The translations under genes and the position numbers were made by a program. Below the pieces are notes generated by a model, which was not told where the DNA came from, did not search any database, and saw nothing but the letters and a program-made list of their open reading frames with translations. This document shows positions 39,280-54,000 of a stretch of DNA of 64,000 bases, piece after piece (within the stretch, counting starts at the first letter, position 1; every line of letters starts with the position of its first letter). The stretch comes from Camelus dromedarius (Eukaryota). The stretch covers positions 1,426,001 through 1,490,000 of the forward strand of contig NC_087437.1 in NCBI RefSeq assembly GCF_036321535.1, read 5' to 3'.

Positions 39280-42200
39280 GAAGGACGGCTTTCACACACA
39301 CTTATTTCTCAGAACTGAGCATGTGGAGAGACGTTCGTTCATTTAGCACAAAGTGAACGGGTTGCAGGAGAAACTTTTACTCTGGATTCTCAGTCTGTTT
39401 CCTAGTGCCGGTTTAGAGTTCCTTCAGTTTTCACTGTAAAACCGAGTTGGAGTTAGTACCTCCCCATATATATGTATGGAGTGGAGTTTGGTACTGAAAA
39501 GAAACTTTGTGTTCCCAACAAGCTAGTTGAAGGACTGCTTTCACACACACTTATCTCTCAGAACTGAGCATGGGGAGAGACGTTCGTTCATCTAGCAAAA
39601 AGGGAACGTGTTGCAGGATAACCTTTTACTCTAGTTTCTCAGTCTGTTTTCTAGTGCCGGTTTGATGTTCCTGCAGTTCTCACTGTAAAACCGATTTGGA
39701 GCTACAACCTCCCCATTTATATATATGGATTAGAATTTTCAACACAAAGGAAACTTTTTGTTTCCCATATACTAGGTGAAGAAAGGCTTTCACACACATT
39801 TATCTCTCAGAAATGAGCATGTGGGAGACGTTCGTTCCTCTAGCACAAAGGGATCGAGTTGCTGTAGAAAATTTTTCTCTGGTTTCTCAGTGTGTTTCCT
39901 ATTGCCGGGTTCAAGTTCCTGCAGTTTTCACTGTAAATACTAATTGGAGCTAGTAACTCCCCATATATATGTATGGAGTGGAGTTGGTAACTGAAAAGAA
40001 ACTTTGTGTTCCCAACAGCTAGTTGAAGGATGGCTTTCACACACACTTATCTCTCAGAACTGAGCATGTGGAGAGACGCTCTTTCATCTATCACAATGGG
40101 AAAGGTTTGCATTAGAAACTTTTACTCTGGTTTCTCTGTCTGTTTCCTAGTGACGATTTGAAGTTCCTGCTTTTTTCACTGTAAAACCGAGTTGGAGCTT
40201 GTACCTCCCCATATATGTGTATGGAGTGGCGTTGGCAACTGAAAAGAAACTATGGGTTCCCAACAAGCTAGGTGAAGGACGGCTTTCACACACAATTTTC
40301 TCTCAGAACTGAGCATGTGGCGAGACGTTCGTTCATCTAGCACAATGGGATTGGGTTGTTTTAGAAACTTTTACTCTGTTTTCTCAGATTCTTTCCTAGT
40401 GCCGATTTGAAGTTCATGCAGTTTTCACTGTAAAACCGACTTGGAGCTAGTACCTCCCCATATATATATATGGAGAGCAGATTGCAACTGAAAAGAGACT
40501 TTGTGTTCCCAACAAGCAAGGTGAAGTACGGCTTTCACACACACTATCTTTCAGAACTGAGCATGTGGAGAGAAGTTCGTTCATCTAGCACAAATGGAAC
40601 GGGTTGCAGGAGAAACATTTACTCTGGTTTCTCAGTCTGTTTCCTAGTGCCGGTTTGAAGTTCCTGCAGTTTTCATTGTAAAACCGAGTAGGAGCTTGTA
40701 CCTCCCCATATATATGTATGGAGAGGAGTTTGCAACTGAAAGGAAACTTTGTGTTCCCAACATACTTGGTGAAGGACTTCTTTCACACACATTTATCTCT
40801 CAGAAATAAGCATGTGGAGTAAATTTCGATCACCAAGCACAAAGGGATCGAGTTGCAGTAGAAACATTTACTCTGGTTTCTCAGTCTGTTTCCCAGTGAC
40901 GATTTGAAGTACCTGTTTTTTCACTGTAAAACCGAGTTGGAGCTATTATCTCCGCATATATATGTATGGATTGGAGTTGGCACATGAAAAGAAATTTTGT
41001 GTTTCCAACAAGCTAGTTGAAGTTCAGCTTTCACACACACTTATCTCTCAGAACTGAGCATGTGGAGAGACGTTCGTTCATCTAGCACAAAGTGAACGGG
41101 TTGCAGGAGAAACTTTCACTCTGGTTTCTCAGTCTGTTTCCTAGTGCCGGTTTGATGTTCCTGCAGTTTACAATATAAAACGGAGTTTGAGTTATTACCT
41201 ACCCATATAAGTGTATGGAGTGGAGTTTGCACATGAAAAGAAACTTTGTGTTCCCAACAAGCTAGGTGAAGGACCGCTTTCACACACACTTATCTCTCAG
41301 AACTGCGAATGTTTAGAGACTTTCGTCCATCTAGCACAAATGGAACGGGTTGCAGGAGAAACTTTTACTCTGGTTTCTCAGTCATTTTCCTAGTGCCGAT
41401 TTGAAGTTCCTGCAGTTTTCACTATAAAACAGATTTGGAGCTAGTACCTCCCCATATATATGTATGGAGAGAAATTTGCAACTGAAAGGAGACATTGTAT
41501 TCCCAACACGCTACGTTAAAGACGGCAATCACACACACATATATCTCAGAACTGTGCATGTGGAGAGACGTTCGTTCATCTAGCACAAATGAAACGGTTT
41601 GCAGGAGAAATTTTACTTTTGTTTCTCAGTCTGTTTCCTAGTGCCGGTTTGAAGTTCCTGCAGTTTTCACTGTAAAACCGAGTTGGAGATTTTACCACCC
41701 TATATATATGTATGGATAGGAGTTTGCAACTGAAAATAAACTTTGTGTTCCCAACAAGCTAGTTGAATGACGGCTTTCACACACACTTATCTCTCAGAAC
41801 TGAGCATGTGGAGAGAAGTTCGTTCATCTAGCACAAAGGGAAAGGTTTGCAGTAGATACTTTTACTCTGGTTTCTCAGTCGGTTTCCTAGTGCTGGTTTG
41901 AATTTCCTGCAGTTTTCACTGTAAAACAGAGTGGGTCTAGTACATACCCATATATATGTATGGAGAGCAGTTTTCAACTGAAAGAAGACTTTGTGTTCCC
42001 AACAAGCAAGGTGAAGTACGGATTTCACACACACTATCCCTCAGAACTGAGCATGTGGAGAGACTTCCGTTCATCTAGCACAATGTGAATGTGTTGTAGG
42101 GAAACTATTATTCTGGTTTCACAGTCTATTTCCTAGTGCCGATTTGAAGTTCCTGAAATATTCAGTGTAAAACCGACTTGGAGCTAGTACCTCCCCATAT

Positions 42201-45040
42201 ATATGTATGGTGTGGATTTTGCAACTGAAAGCAGACTTTGTGTTCCCAACAAGTTAGGTGAAGGACGGCTTTCACACACACTTATTTCTCAGAACTGAGC
42301 ATGTGGAGAGACGTTCGTTCATCTAGCACAAAGTGAACGGGTTGCAGGAGAAACTTTTACTCTGGATTCTCAGTCTGTTTCCTAGTGCCGGTTTAGAGTT
42401 CCTTCAGTTTTCACTGTAAAACCGAGTTGGAGTTAGTACCTCCCCATATATATGTATGGAGTGGAGTTTGGTACTGAAAAGAAACTTTGTGTTCCCAACA
42501 AGCTAGTTGAAGGACTGCTTTCACACACACTTATCTCTCAGAACTGAGCATGGGGAGAGACGTTCGTTCATCTAGCAAAAAGGGAACGTGTTGCAGGATA
42601 ACCTTTTACTCTAGTTTCTCAGTCTGTTTTCTAGTGCCGGTTTGATGTTCCTGCAGTTCTCACTGTAAAACCGATTTGGAGCTACAACCTCCCCATTTAT
42701 ATATATGGATTAGAATTTTCAACACAAAGGAAACTTTTTGTTTCCCATATACTAGGTGAAGAAAGGCTTTCACACACATTTATCTCTCAGAAATGAGCAT
42801 GTGGGAGACGTTCGTTCCTCTAGCACAAAGGGATCGAGTTGCTGTAGAAAATTTTTCTCTGGTTTCTCAGTGTGTTTCCTATTGCCGGGTTCAAGTTCCT
42901 GCAGTTTTCACTGTAAATACTAATTGGAGCTAGTAACTCCCCATATATATGTATGGAGAGGAGTTGGTAACTGAAAAGAAACTTTGTGTTCCCAACAAGC
43001 TAGTTGAAGGACGGCTTTCACACACACTTATCTCTCAGAACTGAGCATGTGGAGAGACGCTCTTTCATCTATCACAATGGGAAAGGTTTGCATTAGAAAC
43101 TTTTACTCTGGTTTCTCTGTCTGTTTCCTAGTGACGATTTGAAGTTCCTGCTTTTTTCACTGTAAAACCGAGTTGGAGCTTGTACCTCCCCATATATGTG
43201 TATGGAGTGGCGTTGGCAACTGAAAAGAAACTATGGGTTCCCAACAAGCTAGGTGAAGGACGGCTTTCACACACAATTTTCTCTCAGAACTGAGCATGTG
43301 GCGAGACGTTCGTTCATCTAGCACAATGGGATTGGGTTGTTTTAGAAACTTTTACTCTGTTTTCTCAGATTCTTTCCTAGTGCCGATTTGAAGTTCATGC
43401 AGTTTTCACTGTAAAACCGACTTGGAGCTAGTACCTCCCCATATATATATATGGAGAGCAGATTGCAACTGAAAAGAGACTTTGTGTTCCCAACAAGCAA
43501 GGTGAAGTACGGCTTTCACACACACTATCTTTCAGAACTGAGCATGTGGAGAGAAGTTCGTTCATCTAGCACAAATGGAACGGGTTGCAGGAGAAACATT
43601 TACTCTGGTTTCTCAGTCTGTTTCCTAGTGCCGGTTTGAAGTTCCTGCAGTTTTCATTGTAAAACCGAGTAGGAGCTTGTACCTCCCCATATATATGTAT
43701 GGAGAGGAGTTTGCAACTGAAAGGAAACTTTGTGTTCCCAACATACTTGGTGAAGGACTTCTTTCACACACATTTATCTCTCAGAAATAAGCATGTGGAG
43801 TAAATTTCGATCACCAAGCACAAAGGGATCGAGTAGCAGTAGAAACATTTACTCTGGTTTCTCAGTCTGTTTCCCAGTGACGATTTGAAGTACCTGCTTT
43901 TTTCACTGTAAAACCGAGTTGGAGCTATTATCTCCGCATATATATGTATGGATTGGAGTTGGCACATGAAAAGAAATTTTGTGTTTCCAACAAGCTAGTT
44001 GAAGGTCAGCTTTCACACACACTTATCTCTCAGAACTGAGCATGTGGAGAGACGTTCGTTCATCTAGCACAAAGTGAACGGGTTGCAGGAGAAACTTTCA
44101 CTCCGGTTTCTCAGTCTGTTTCCTAGTGCCGGTTTGATGTTCCTGCAGTTTACACTATAAAACGGAGTTTGAGTTATTACCTACCCATATAAGTGTATGG
44201 AGTGGAGTTTGCACATGAAAAGAAACTTTGTGTTCCCAACAAGCTAGGTGAAGGACCGCTTTCACACACACTTATCTCTCAGAACTGCGAATGTTTAGAG
44301 ACTTTCGTCCATCTAGCACAAATGGAACGGGTTGCAGGAGAAACTTTTACTCTGGTTTCTCAGTCATTTTCCTAGTGCCGGTTTGAAGTTCCTGCAGTTT
44401 TCACTGTAAAACAGATTTGGAGCTAGTACCTCCCCATATATATGTATGGAGAGAAATTTGCAACTGAAAGGAGACATTGTATTCCCAACACGCTACGTTA
44501 AAGACGGCAATCACACACACATATATCTCAGAACTGTGCATGTGGAGAGACGTTCGTTCATCTAGCACAAATGGAACGGTTTGCAGGAGAAATTTTACTT
44601 TTGTTTCTCAGTCTGTTTCCTAGTGCCGGTTTGAAGTTCCTGCAGTTTTCACTGTAAAACCGAGTTGGAGATTTTACCACCCTATATATATGTATGGATA
44701 GGAGTTTGCAACTGAAAAGAAACTTTGTGTTCCCAACAAGCTAGTTGAATGACGGCTTTCACACACACTTATCTCTCAGAACTGAGCATGTGGAGAGAAG
44801 TTCGTTCATCTAGCACAAAGGGAAATGTTTGCAGTAGATACTTTTACTCTGGTTTCTCAGTCTGTTTCCTAGTGCTGGTTTGATTTTCCTGCAGTTTTCA
44901 CTGTAAAACCGAGTGGGATCTAGTACATACCCATATATATGTATGGAGAGCAGTTTTCAACTGAAAAAAGACTTTGTGTTCCCAACAAGCAAGGTGAAGT
45001 ATGGATTTCACACACACTATCCCTCAGAACTGAGCATGTG
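39280..45040. repeat. 12-monomer-period duplication (offset 2980-2982 bp)
   Basis: 39281 matches 42261, and ORFs pair as 40470/43451 and 41211/44193. Both copies share the private variant GGATTAGAATTTTCAACACAAAGGAAACTTTTTGTTTCCC. Confidence 0.88.
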
Positions 45041-48000
45041 GAGAGACGTTCGTTCATCTAGCACAAACGGATCGGTTTCCAGGAGTAACTTTACTCTGGT
45101 TTCTCAGTCTGTTTCCTAGTGCCTGTTTGAAGTTCCTGCATTTTTCGCAGTAAAAGCGAGTTGGAGCTAGTACCACACCATATATATATATGGAGTGGAA
45201 TTTGTAAATGGAAATAATCTTTGTGTTCCCAACAAGCTATGTGTAGGACAGCTTTCACAAACACTTATCTCTCAGAACTGAGCATGTGGAGAGACATTCG
45301 TTCATCTAGCACAAAGGGAACGGGTTGCAGGAGAAATTTTACTCTGGTTTCTCAGTCTGTTTCCTAGTGCCGGTTTGAACTTCCTTCAGTTTTCACTGTA
45401 AAACCGATTTGGAGATCGTTCCTCCCCATATATATGTATTGAGTGGAGTTTGCAACTGAAAGGAAACTTTATGTTCCCAACAAGCCAGGTGAAGGACGGC
45501 TTTCACACACATTTTTCTCTCAGAAATGAGCATTTGGAGAGACATTCGTTCATCTAGCACAAAGGGAATGGGTTGCAGGAGAAACTTTTACTCTGGTTTC
45601 TCAGTCTGTTTCCTAGGGCCGGTTTGAAGTTCCTGCAGTTTACACTATAAAACCGAGTTGGAGTTATTACCTCCCTATATATGTGTATGGAGTGGAGTTT
45701 GCACATGAAAAGAAAATTTGTGTTCCCAACAAGGTAGGTGAAGGATGGCTTTCACACACATTATCTCTCAGAACTGCGAATATTTAGAGACTTTCGTTCA
45801 TCTAGCACAAAGGGAACGGGTTGCAGGAGAAACTTTTACTCTGGTTTCTCAGTCATTTTCCTACTGCCGGTTTGAAGTTCCTGCAGATTTCACTGTAAAA
45901 CAGATTTGGAGCTAGTACCTCCCCATATATATGTATGGAGAGAATTTTGCAAATGAAAAGAGACTTTGTATTCCCAACAAGCTGCGTTAAAGACGGCCAA
46001 CACACACACATATATCTCAGAACTGTGCATGTGGAGAGACGTTCGTTCATCTAGTACAAATGGAACAGTTTGCAGGAGAAATTTTAATTTTGTTTCTCAG
46101 TCTGTTTCCCAGTGCCGGTTTGAAGTTCCTGCAGTTTTCACTGTTAAACCGAGTTGGAGATTTTACCACCCTATATATATGTATGGATAGGAGTTTGCAA
46201 CTGAAAAGAAACTTTGTGTTCCCAACAAGCTAGGTGAAGGATGGCTTTCACACACATTTATCTCTCAGAATTTAGCATGTGGAGAGACCTTCCTTCATCT
46301 AACACAAAGGGAACGGGTTGAAGGAGAAACTTTTACTCTGGTTTCTCAGTCTGTTTCCTAGTGCCGGTTTGAAGTTCCTGCAGTTTTCACTGTAAAATCG
46401 ATTTGGAGCTAGTACCTCCCCATATAAACGTATGGAGTGGAGTTTAAAAGTGAAAAGAAACTTTGTGTTCCCAACAAGATAGGTGAAGGACGGCTTTCAC
46501 ACACACTTATCTCTCAGAACTGAGCATGTGAAGAGACGTTCGTTCATTTAGCACAAAGGGAACGGGTTGCAGGAGAATCTTTTACTCAGGTTTCCCAGTC
46601 TGTTTCCTAGTGCCGGTTTGAAGTTCCTGCAGTTTTCACTGTAAAACCGAGTTGGAGCTAGTACCTCCCCATATATATGTATGGAGTGGAGTTTGAACTG
46701 AAAAGAAACTTTGTGTTCCCAACAAGCTAGGTGAAGTACGGCTTTCACACACACTTATGTCTCAGAACTGAGCATGTGGAGAGACGTTCGTTCATCTAGC
46801 ATAAAGAGAACGGGTTGCAGGAGAAAATTTTACTCTGGTTTCTCAGTCTGTTTCCTAGTGCTGGTTGGAAGTTCCTGCAGTTTTCACTGTAAAAACGAGT
46901 TGGAGCTAGTATCTCCCCATATATATTTATGGAGAGCTGTTTGCAACTGAATGGAAACTTTGTTTTCCCAACATACTAGATGAAGTTCGGCTTTCACACA
47001 CATTACTCCCTCAGAAATAAGAATGTGGAATAACGTTCGATCACCAAGCACAAAGGGATCGGGTTGCAGTAGAAACTTTTACTCTGGTCTCTCAGTCTGT
47101 TTCCTAGTGACGATTTGAATTTCCCACATTTTTCACTGTAAAACCAAGTTGGAGCTTGTACTTCCCATATATATGTATGAAGTGGCGTTGGCAACTGAAA
47201 AGAAACTATGTGTTCCCAACAAGCTAGGTGAAGGTCGGCTTTCACACACAAATATCTCTCAGAAATGAGCATGTGGAGAGACTTTCGTTCATCTAGCCCA
47301 AATGGAACCTGTTGCAGGAGAAACTTTTTCTCTGGTTTCTCAGTCTATTTCCTAGTGCCGATTTGAAGTTCCTGCATTTTTCACTGTAAACCCGACTTGG
47401 AGCTAATACCTCCCCATATATATATATGGTGTGGATTTTGCAACTGAAAGGAGACTTTGTGTTCCCAAAAAGTTAGGTGAAGTACGGCTTTCACACACAC
47501 TTATCTCTCAGAACTGAGCATGTGGAGAGAATTTCGTTCATCTAGCACAAATGGAATGGGTTGCAGGAGAAAATTTTACTCTGGTTTCTCAGTCTGTTTC
47601 CTAGTGCCGGTTTGATGTTCCTGCAGTTTACACTATAAAACGGAGTTTGAGTTATTACCTTCCCATATAAGTGTATGGAGTGGAGTTTGCACATGAAAAG
47701 AAACTTTGTGTTCCCAACAAGCTAGGTGAAGGACCGCTTTCACACACACTTATCTCTCAGAACTGTGAATGTTTAGAGACTTTCGTCCATCTAGCACAAA
47801 TGGAACGGGTTGCAGGAGAAACTTTTACTCTGGTTTCTCAGTCATTTTCCTAGTGCCGGTTTGAAGTTCCTGCAGTTTTCACTGTAAAACAAATTTGGAG
47901 CTAGTACCTCCCCATATATATGTATGGAGAGAAATTTGCAACTGAAAGGAGACATTGTATTCCCAGCACGCTACGTTAAAGACGGCAATCACACACACAT

Positions 48001-51000
48001 ATATCTCAGAACTGTGCATGTGGAGAGACGTTCGTTCATCTAGCACAAATGGAACGGTTTGCAGGAGAAATTTTACTTTTGTTTCTCAGTCTGTTTCCTA
48101 GTGCCGGTTTGAAGTTCCTGCAGTTTTCACTGTAAAACCGAGTTGGAGATTTTACCACCCTATATATATGTATGGATAGGAGTTTGCAACTGAAAAGAAA
48201 CTTTGTGTTCCCAACAAGCTAGTTGAATGACGGCTTTCACACACACTTATCTCTCAGAACTGAGCATGTGGAGAGAAGTTCGTTCATCTAGCACAAAGGG
48301 AAATGTTTGCAGTAGATACTTTTACTCTGGTTTCTCAGTCTGTTTCCTAGTGCTGGTTTGATTTTCCTGCAGTTTTCACTGTAAAACCGAGTGGGATCTA
48401 GTACATACCCATATATATGTATGGAGAGCAGTTTTCAACTGAAAAAAGACTTTGTGTTCCCAACAAGCAAGGTGAAGTATGGATTTCACACACACTATCC
48501 CTCAGAACTGAGCATGTGGAGAGACGTTCGTTCATCTAGCACAAACGGATCGGTTTCCAGGAGTAACTTTACTCTGGTTTCTCAGTCTGTTTCCTAGTGC
48601 CTGTTTGAAGTTCCTGCATTTTTCGCAGTAAAAGCGAGTTGGAGCTAGTACCACACCATATATATATATGGAGTGGAATTTGTAAATGGAAATAATCTTT
48701 GTGTTCCCAACAAGCTATGTGTAGGACAGCTTTCACAAACACTTATCTCTCAGAACTGAGCATGTGGAGAGACATTCGTTCATCTAGCACAAAGGGAACG
48801 GGTTGCAGGAGAAATTTTACTCTGGTTTCTCAGTCTGTTTCCTAGTGCCGGTTTGAAGTTCCTTCAGTTTTCACTGTAAAACCGATTTGGAGATCGTTCC
48901 TCCCCATATATATGTATTGAGTGGAGTTTGCAACTGAAAGGAAACTTTATGTTCCCAACAAGCCAGGTGAAGGACGGCTTTCACACACATTTTTCTCTCA
49001 GAAATGAGCATTTGGAGAGACATTCGTTCATCTAGCACAAAGGGAATGGGTTGCAGGAGAAACTTTTACTCTGGTTTCTCAGTCTGTTTCCTAGGGCCGG
49101 TTTGAAGTTCCTGCAGTTTACACTATAAAACCGAGTTGGAGTTATTACCTCCCTATATATGTGTATGGAGTGGAGTTTGCACATGAAAAGAAAATTTGTG
49201 TTCCCAACAAGGTAGGTGAAGGATGGCTTTCACACACATTATCTCTCAGAACTGCGAATATTTAGAGACTTTCGTTCATCTAGCACAAAGGGAACGGGTT
49301 GCAGGAGAAACTTTTACTCTGGTTTCTCAGTCATTTTCCTACTGCCGGTTTGAAGTTCCTGCAGATTTCACTGTAAAACAGATTTGGAGCTAGTACCTCC
49401 CCATATATATGTATGGAGAGAAATTTGCAAATGAAAGGAGACATTGTATTCCCAACAAGCTGCGTTAAAGACGGCCAACACACACACATATATCTCAGAA
49501 CTGTGCATGTGGAGAGACGTTCGTTCATCTAGTACAAATGGAACAGTTTGCAGGAGAAATTTTAATTTTGTTTCTCAGTCTGTTTCCCAGTGCCGGTTTG
49601 AAGTTCCTGCAGTTTTCACTGTTAAACCGAGTTGGAGATTTTACCACCCTATATATATGTATGGATAGGAGTTTGCAACTGAAAAGAAACTTTGTGTTCC
49701 CAACAAGCTAGGTGAAGGATGGCTTTCACACACATTTATCTCTCAGAATTTAGCATGTGGAGAGACCTTCCTTCATCTAACACAAAGGGAACGGGTTGAA
49801 GGAGAAACTTTTACTCTGGTTTCTCAGTCTGTTTCCTAGTGCCGGTTTGAAGTTCCTGCAGTTTTCACTGTAAAATCGATTTGGAGCTAGTACCTCCCCA
49901 TATAAACGTATGGAGTGGAGTTTAAAACTGAAAAGAAACTTTGTGTTCCCAACAAGATAGGTGAAGGACGGCTTTCACACACACTTATCTCTCAGAACTG
50001 AGCATGTGAAGAGACGTTCGTTCATTTAGCACAAAGGGAACGGGTTGCAGGAGAATCTTTTACTCAGGTTTCCCAGTCTGTTTCCTAGTGCCGGTTTGAA
50101 GTTCCTGCAGTTTTCACTGTAAAACCGAGTTGGAGCTAGTACCTCCCCATATATATGTATGGAGTGGAGTTTGAACTGAAAAGAAACTTTGTGTTCCCAA
50201 CAAGCTAGGTGAAGTACGGCTTTCACACACACTTATGTCTCAGAACTGAGCATGTGGAGAGACGTTCGTTCATCTAGCATAAAGAGAACGGGTTGCAGGA
50301 GAAAATTTTACTCTGGTTTCTCAGTCTGTTTCCTAGTGCTGGTTGGAAGTTCCTGCAGTTTTCACTATAAAAACGAGTTGGAGCTAGTATCTCCCCATAT
50401 ATATTTATGGAGAGCTGTTTGCAACTGAATGGAAACTTTGTTTTCCCAACATACTAGATGAAGTTCGGCTTTCACACACATTACTCCCTCAGAAATAAGA
50501 ATGTGGAATAACGTTCGATCACCAAGCACAAAGGGATCGGGTTGCAGTAGAAACTTTTACTCTGGTCTCTCAGTCTGTTTCCTAGTGACGATTTGAAATT
50601 CCCACATTTTTCACTGTAAAACCGAGTTGGAGCTTGTACTTCCCATATATATGTATGAAGTGGCGTTGGCAACTGAAAAGAAACTATGTGTTCCCAACAA
50701 GCTAGGTGAAGGTCGGCTTTCACACACAAATATCTCTCAGAAATGAGCATGTGGAGAGACTTTCGTTCATCTAGCCCAAATGGAACCTGTTGCAGGAGAA
50801 ACTTTTTCTCTGGTTTCTCAGTCTATTTCCTAGTGCCGATTTGAAGTTCCTGCATTTTTCACTGTAAACCCGACTTGGAGCTAATACCTCCCCATATATA
50901 TATATGGTGTGGATTTTGCAACTGAAAGGAGACTTTGTGTTCCCAAAAAGTTAGGTGAAGTACGGCTTTCACACACACTTATCTCTCAGAACTGAGCATG

Positions 51001-54000
51001 TGGAGAGAATTTCGTTCATCTAGCACAAATGGAATGGGTTGCAGGAGAAAATTTTACTCTGGTTTCTCAGTCTGTTTCCTAGTGCCGGTTTGATGTTCCT
51101 GCAGTTTACACTATAAAACGGAGTTTGAGTTATTACCTTCCCATATAAGTGTATGGAGTGGAGTTTGCACATGAAAAGAAACTTTGTGTTCCCAACAAGC
51201 TAGGTGAAGGACCGCTTTCACACACACTTATCTCTCAGAACTGTGAATGTTTAGAGACTTTCGTCCATCTAGCACAAATGGAACGGGTTGCAGGAGAAAC
51301 TTTTACTCTGGTTTCTCAGTCATTTTCCTAGTGCCGGTTTGAAGTTCCTGCAGTTTTCACTGTAAAACAAATTTGGAGCTAGTACCTCCCCATATATATG
51401 TATGGAGAGAAATTTGCAACTGAAAGGAGACATTGTATTCCCAACACGCTACGTTAAAGACGGCAATCACACACACATATATCTCAGAACTGTGCATGTG
51501 GAGAGACGTTCGTTCATCTAGCACAAATGGAACGGTTTGCAGGAGAAATTTTACTTTTGTTTCTCAGTCTGTTTCCTAGTGCCGGTTTGAAGTTCCTGCA
51601 GTTTTCACTGTAAAACCGAGTTGGAGATTTTACCACCCTATATATATGTATGGATAGGAGTTTGCAACTGAAAAGAAACTTTGTGTTCCCAACAAGCTAG
51701 TTGAATGACGGCTTTCACACACACTTATCTCTCAGAACTGAGCATGTGGAGAGAAGTTCGTTCATCTAGCACAAAGGGAAATGTTTGCAGTAGATACTTT
51801 TACTCTGGTTTCTCAGTCTGTTTCCTAGTGCTGGTTTGATTTTCCTGCAGTTTTCACTGTAAAACCGAGTGGGATCTAGTACATACCCATATATATGTAT
51901 GGAGAGCAGTTTTCAACTGAAAAAAGACTTTGTGTTCCCAACAAGCAAGGTGAAGTATGGATTTCACACACACTATCCCTCAGAACTGAGCATGTGGAGA
52001 GACGTTCGTTCATCTAGCACAAACGGATCGGTTTCCAGGAGTAACTTTACTCTGGTTTCTCAGTCTGTTTCCTAGTGCCTGTTTGAAGTTCCTGCATTTT
52101 TCGCAGTAAAAGCGAGTTGGAGCTAGTACCACACCATATATATATATGGAGTGGAATTTGTAAATGGAAATAATCTTTGTGTTCCCAACAAGCTATGTGT
52201 AGGACAGCTTTCACAAACACTTATCTCTCAGAACTGAGCATGTGGAGAGACATTCGTTCATCTAGCACAAAGGGAACGGGTTGCAGGAGAAATTTTACTC
52301 TGGTTTCTCAGTCTGTTTCCTAGTGCCGGTTTGAAGTTCCTTCAGTTTTCACTGTAAAACCGATTTGGAGATCGTTCCTCCCCATATATATGTATTGAGT
52401 GGAGTTTGCAACTGAAAGGAAACTTTATGTTCCCAACAAGCCAGGTGAAGGACGGCTTTCACACACATTTTTCTCTCAGAAATGAGCATTTGGAGAGACA
52501 TTCGTTCATCTAGCACAAAGGGAATGGGTTGCAGGAGAAACTTTTACTCTGGTTTCTCAGTCTGTTTCCTAGGGCCGGTTTGAAGTTCCTGCAGTTTACA
52601 CTATAAAACCGAGTTGGAGTTATTACCTCCCTATATATGTGTATGGAGTGGAGTTTGCACATGAAAAGAAAATTTGTGTTCCCAACAAGGTAGGTGAAGG
52701 ATGGCTTTCACACACATTATCTCTCAGAACTGCGAATATTTAGAGACTTTCGTTCATCTAGCACAAAGGGAACGGGTTGCAGGAGAAACTTTTACTCTGG
52801 TTTCTCAGTCATTTTCCTACTGCCGGTTTGAAGTTCCTGCAGATTTCACTGTAAAACAGATTTGGAGCTAGTACCTCCCCATATATATGTATGGAGAGAA
52901 ATTTGCAAATGAAAGGAGACTTTGTATTCCCAACAAGCTGCGTTAAAGACGGCCAACACACACACATATATCTCAGAACTGTGCATGTGGAGAGACGTTC
53001 GTTCATCTAGTACAAATGGAACAGTTTGCAGGAGAAATTTTAATTTTGTTTCTCAGTCTGTTTCCCAGTGCCGGTTTGAAGTTCCTGCAGTTTTCACTGT
53101 TAAACCGAGTTGGAGATTTTACCACCCTATATATATGTATGGATAGGAGTTTGCAACTGAAAAGAAACTTTGTGTTCCCAACAAGCTAGGTGAAGGATGG
53201 CTTTCACACACATTTATCTCTCAGAATTTAGCATGTGGAGAGACCTTCCTTCATCTAACACAAAGGGAACGGGTTGAAGGAGAAACTTTTACTCTGGTTT
53301 CTCAGTCTGTTTCCTAGTGCCGGTTTGAAGTTCCTGCAGTTTTCACTGTAAAATCGATTTGGAGCTAGTACCTCCCCATATAAACGTATGGAGTGGAGTT
53401 TAAAAGTGAAAAGAAACTTTGTGTTCCCAACAAGATAGGTGAAGGACGGCTTTCACACACACTTATCTCTCAGAACTGAGCATGTGAAGAGACGTTCGTT
53501 CATTTAGCACAAAGGGAACGGGTTGCAGGAGAATCTTTTACTCAGGTTTCCCAGTCTGTTTCCTAGTGCCGGTTTGAAGTTCCTGCAGTTTTCACTGTAA
53601 AACCGAGTTGGAGCTAGTACCTCCCCATATATATGTATGGAGTGGAGTTTGAACTGAAAAGAAACTTTGTGTTCCCAACAAGCTAGGTGAAGTACGGCTT
53701 TCACACACACTTATGTCTCAGAACTGAGCATGTGGAGAGACGTTCGTTCATCTAGCATAAAGAGAACGGGTTGCAGGAGAAAATTTTACTCTGGTTTCTC
53801 AGTCTGTTTCCTAGTGCTGGTTGGAAGTTCCTGCAGTTTTCACTATAAAAACGAGTTGGAGCTAGTATCTCCCCATATATATTTATGGAGAGCTGTTTGC
53901 AACTGAATGGAAACTTTGTTTTCCCAACATACTAGATGAAGTTCGGCTTTCACACACATTACTCCCTCAGAAATAAGAATGTGGAATAACGTTCGATCAC

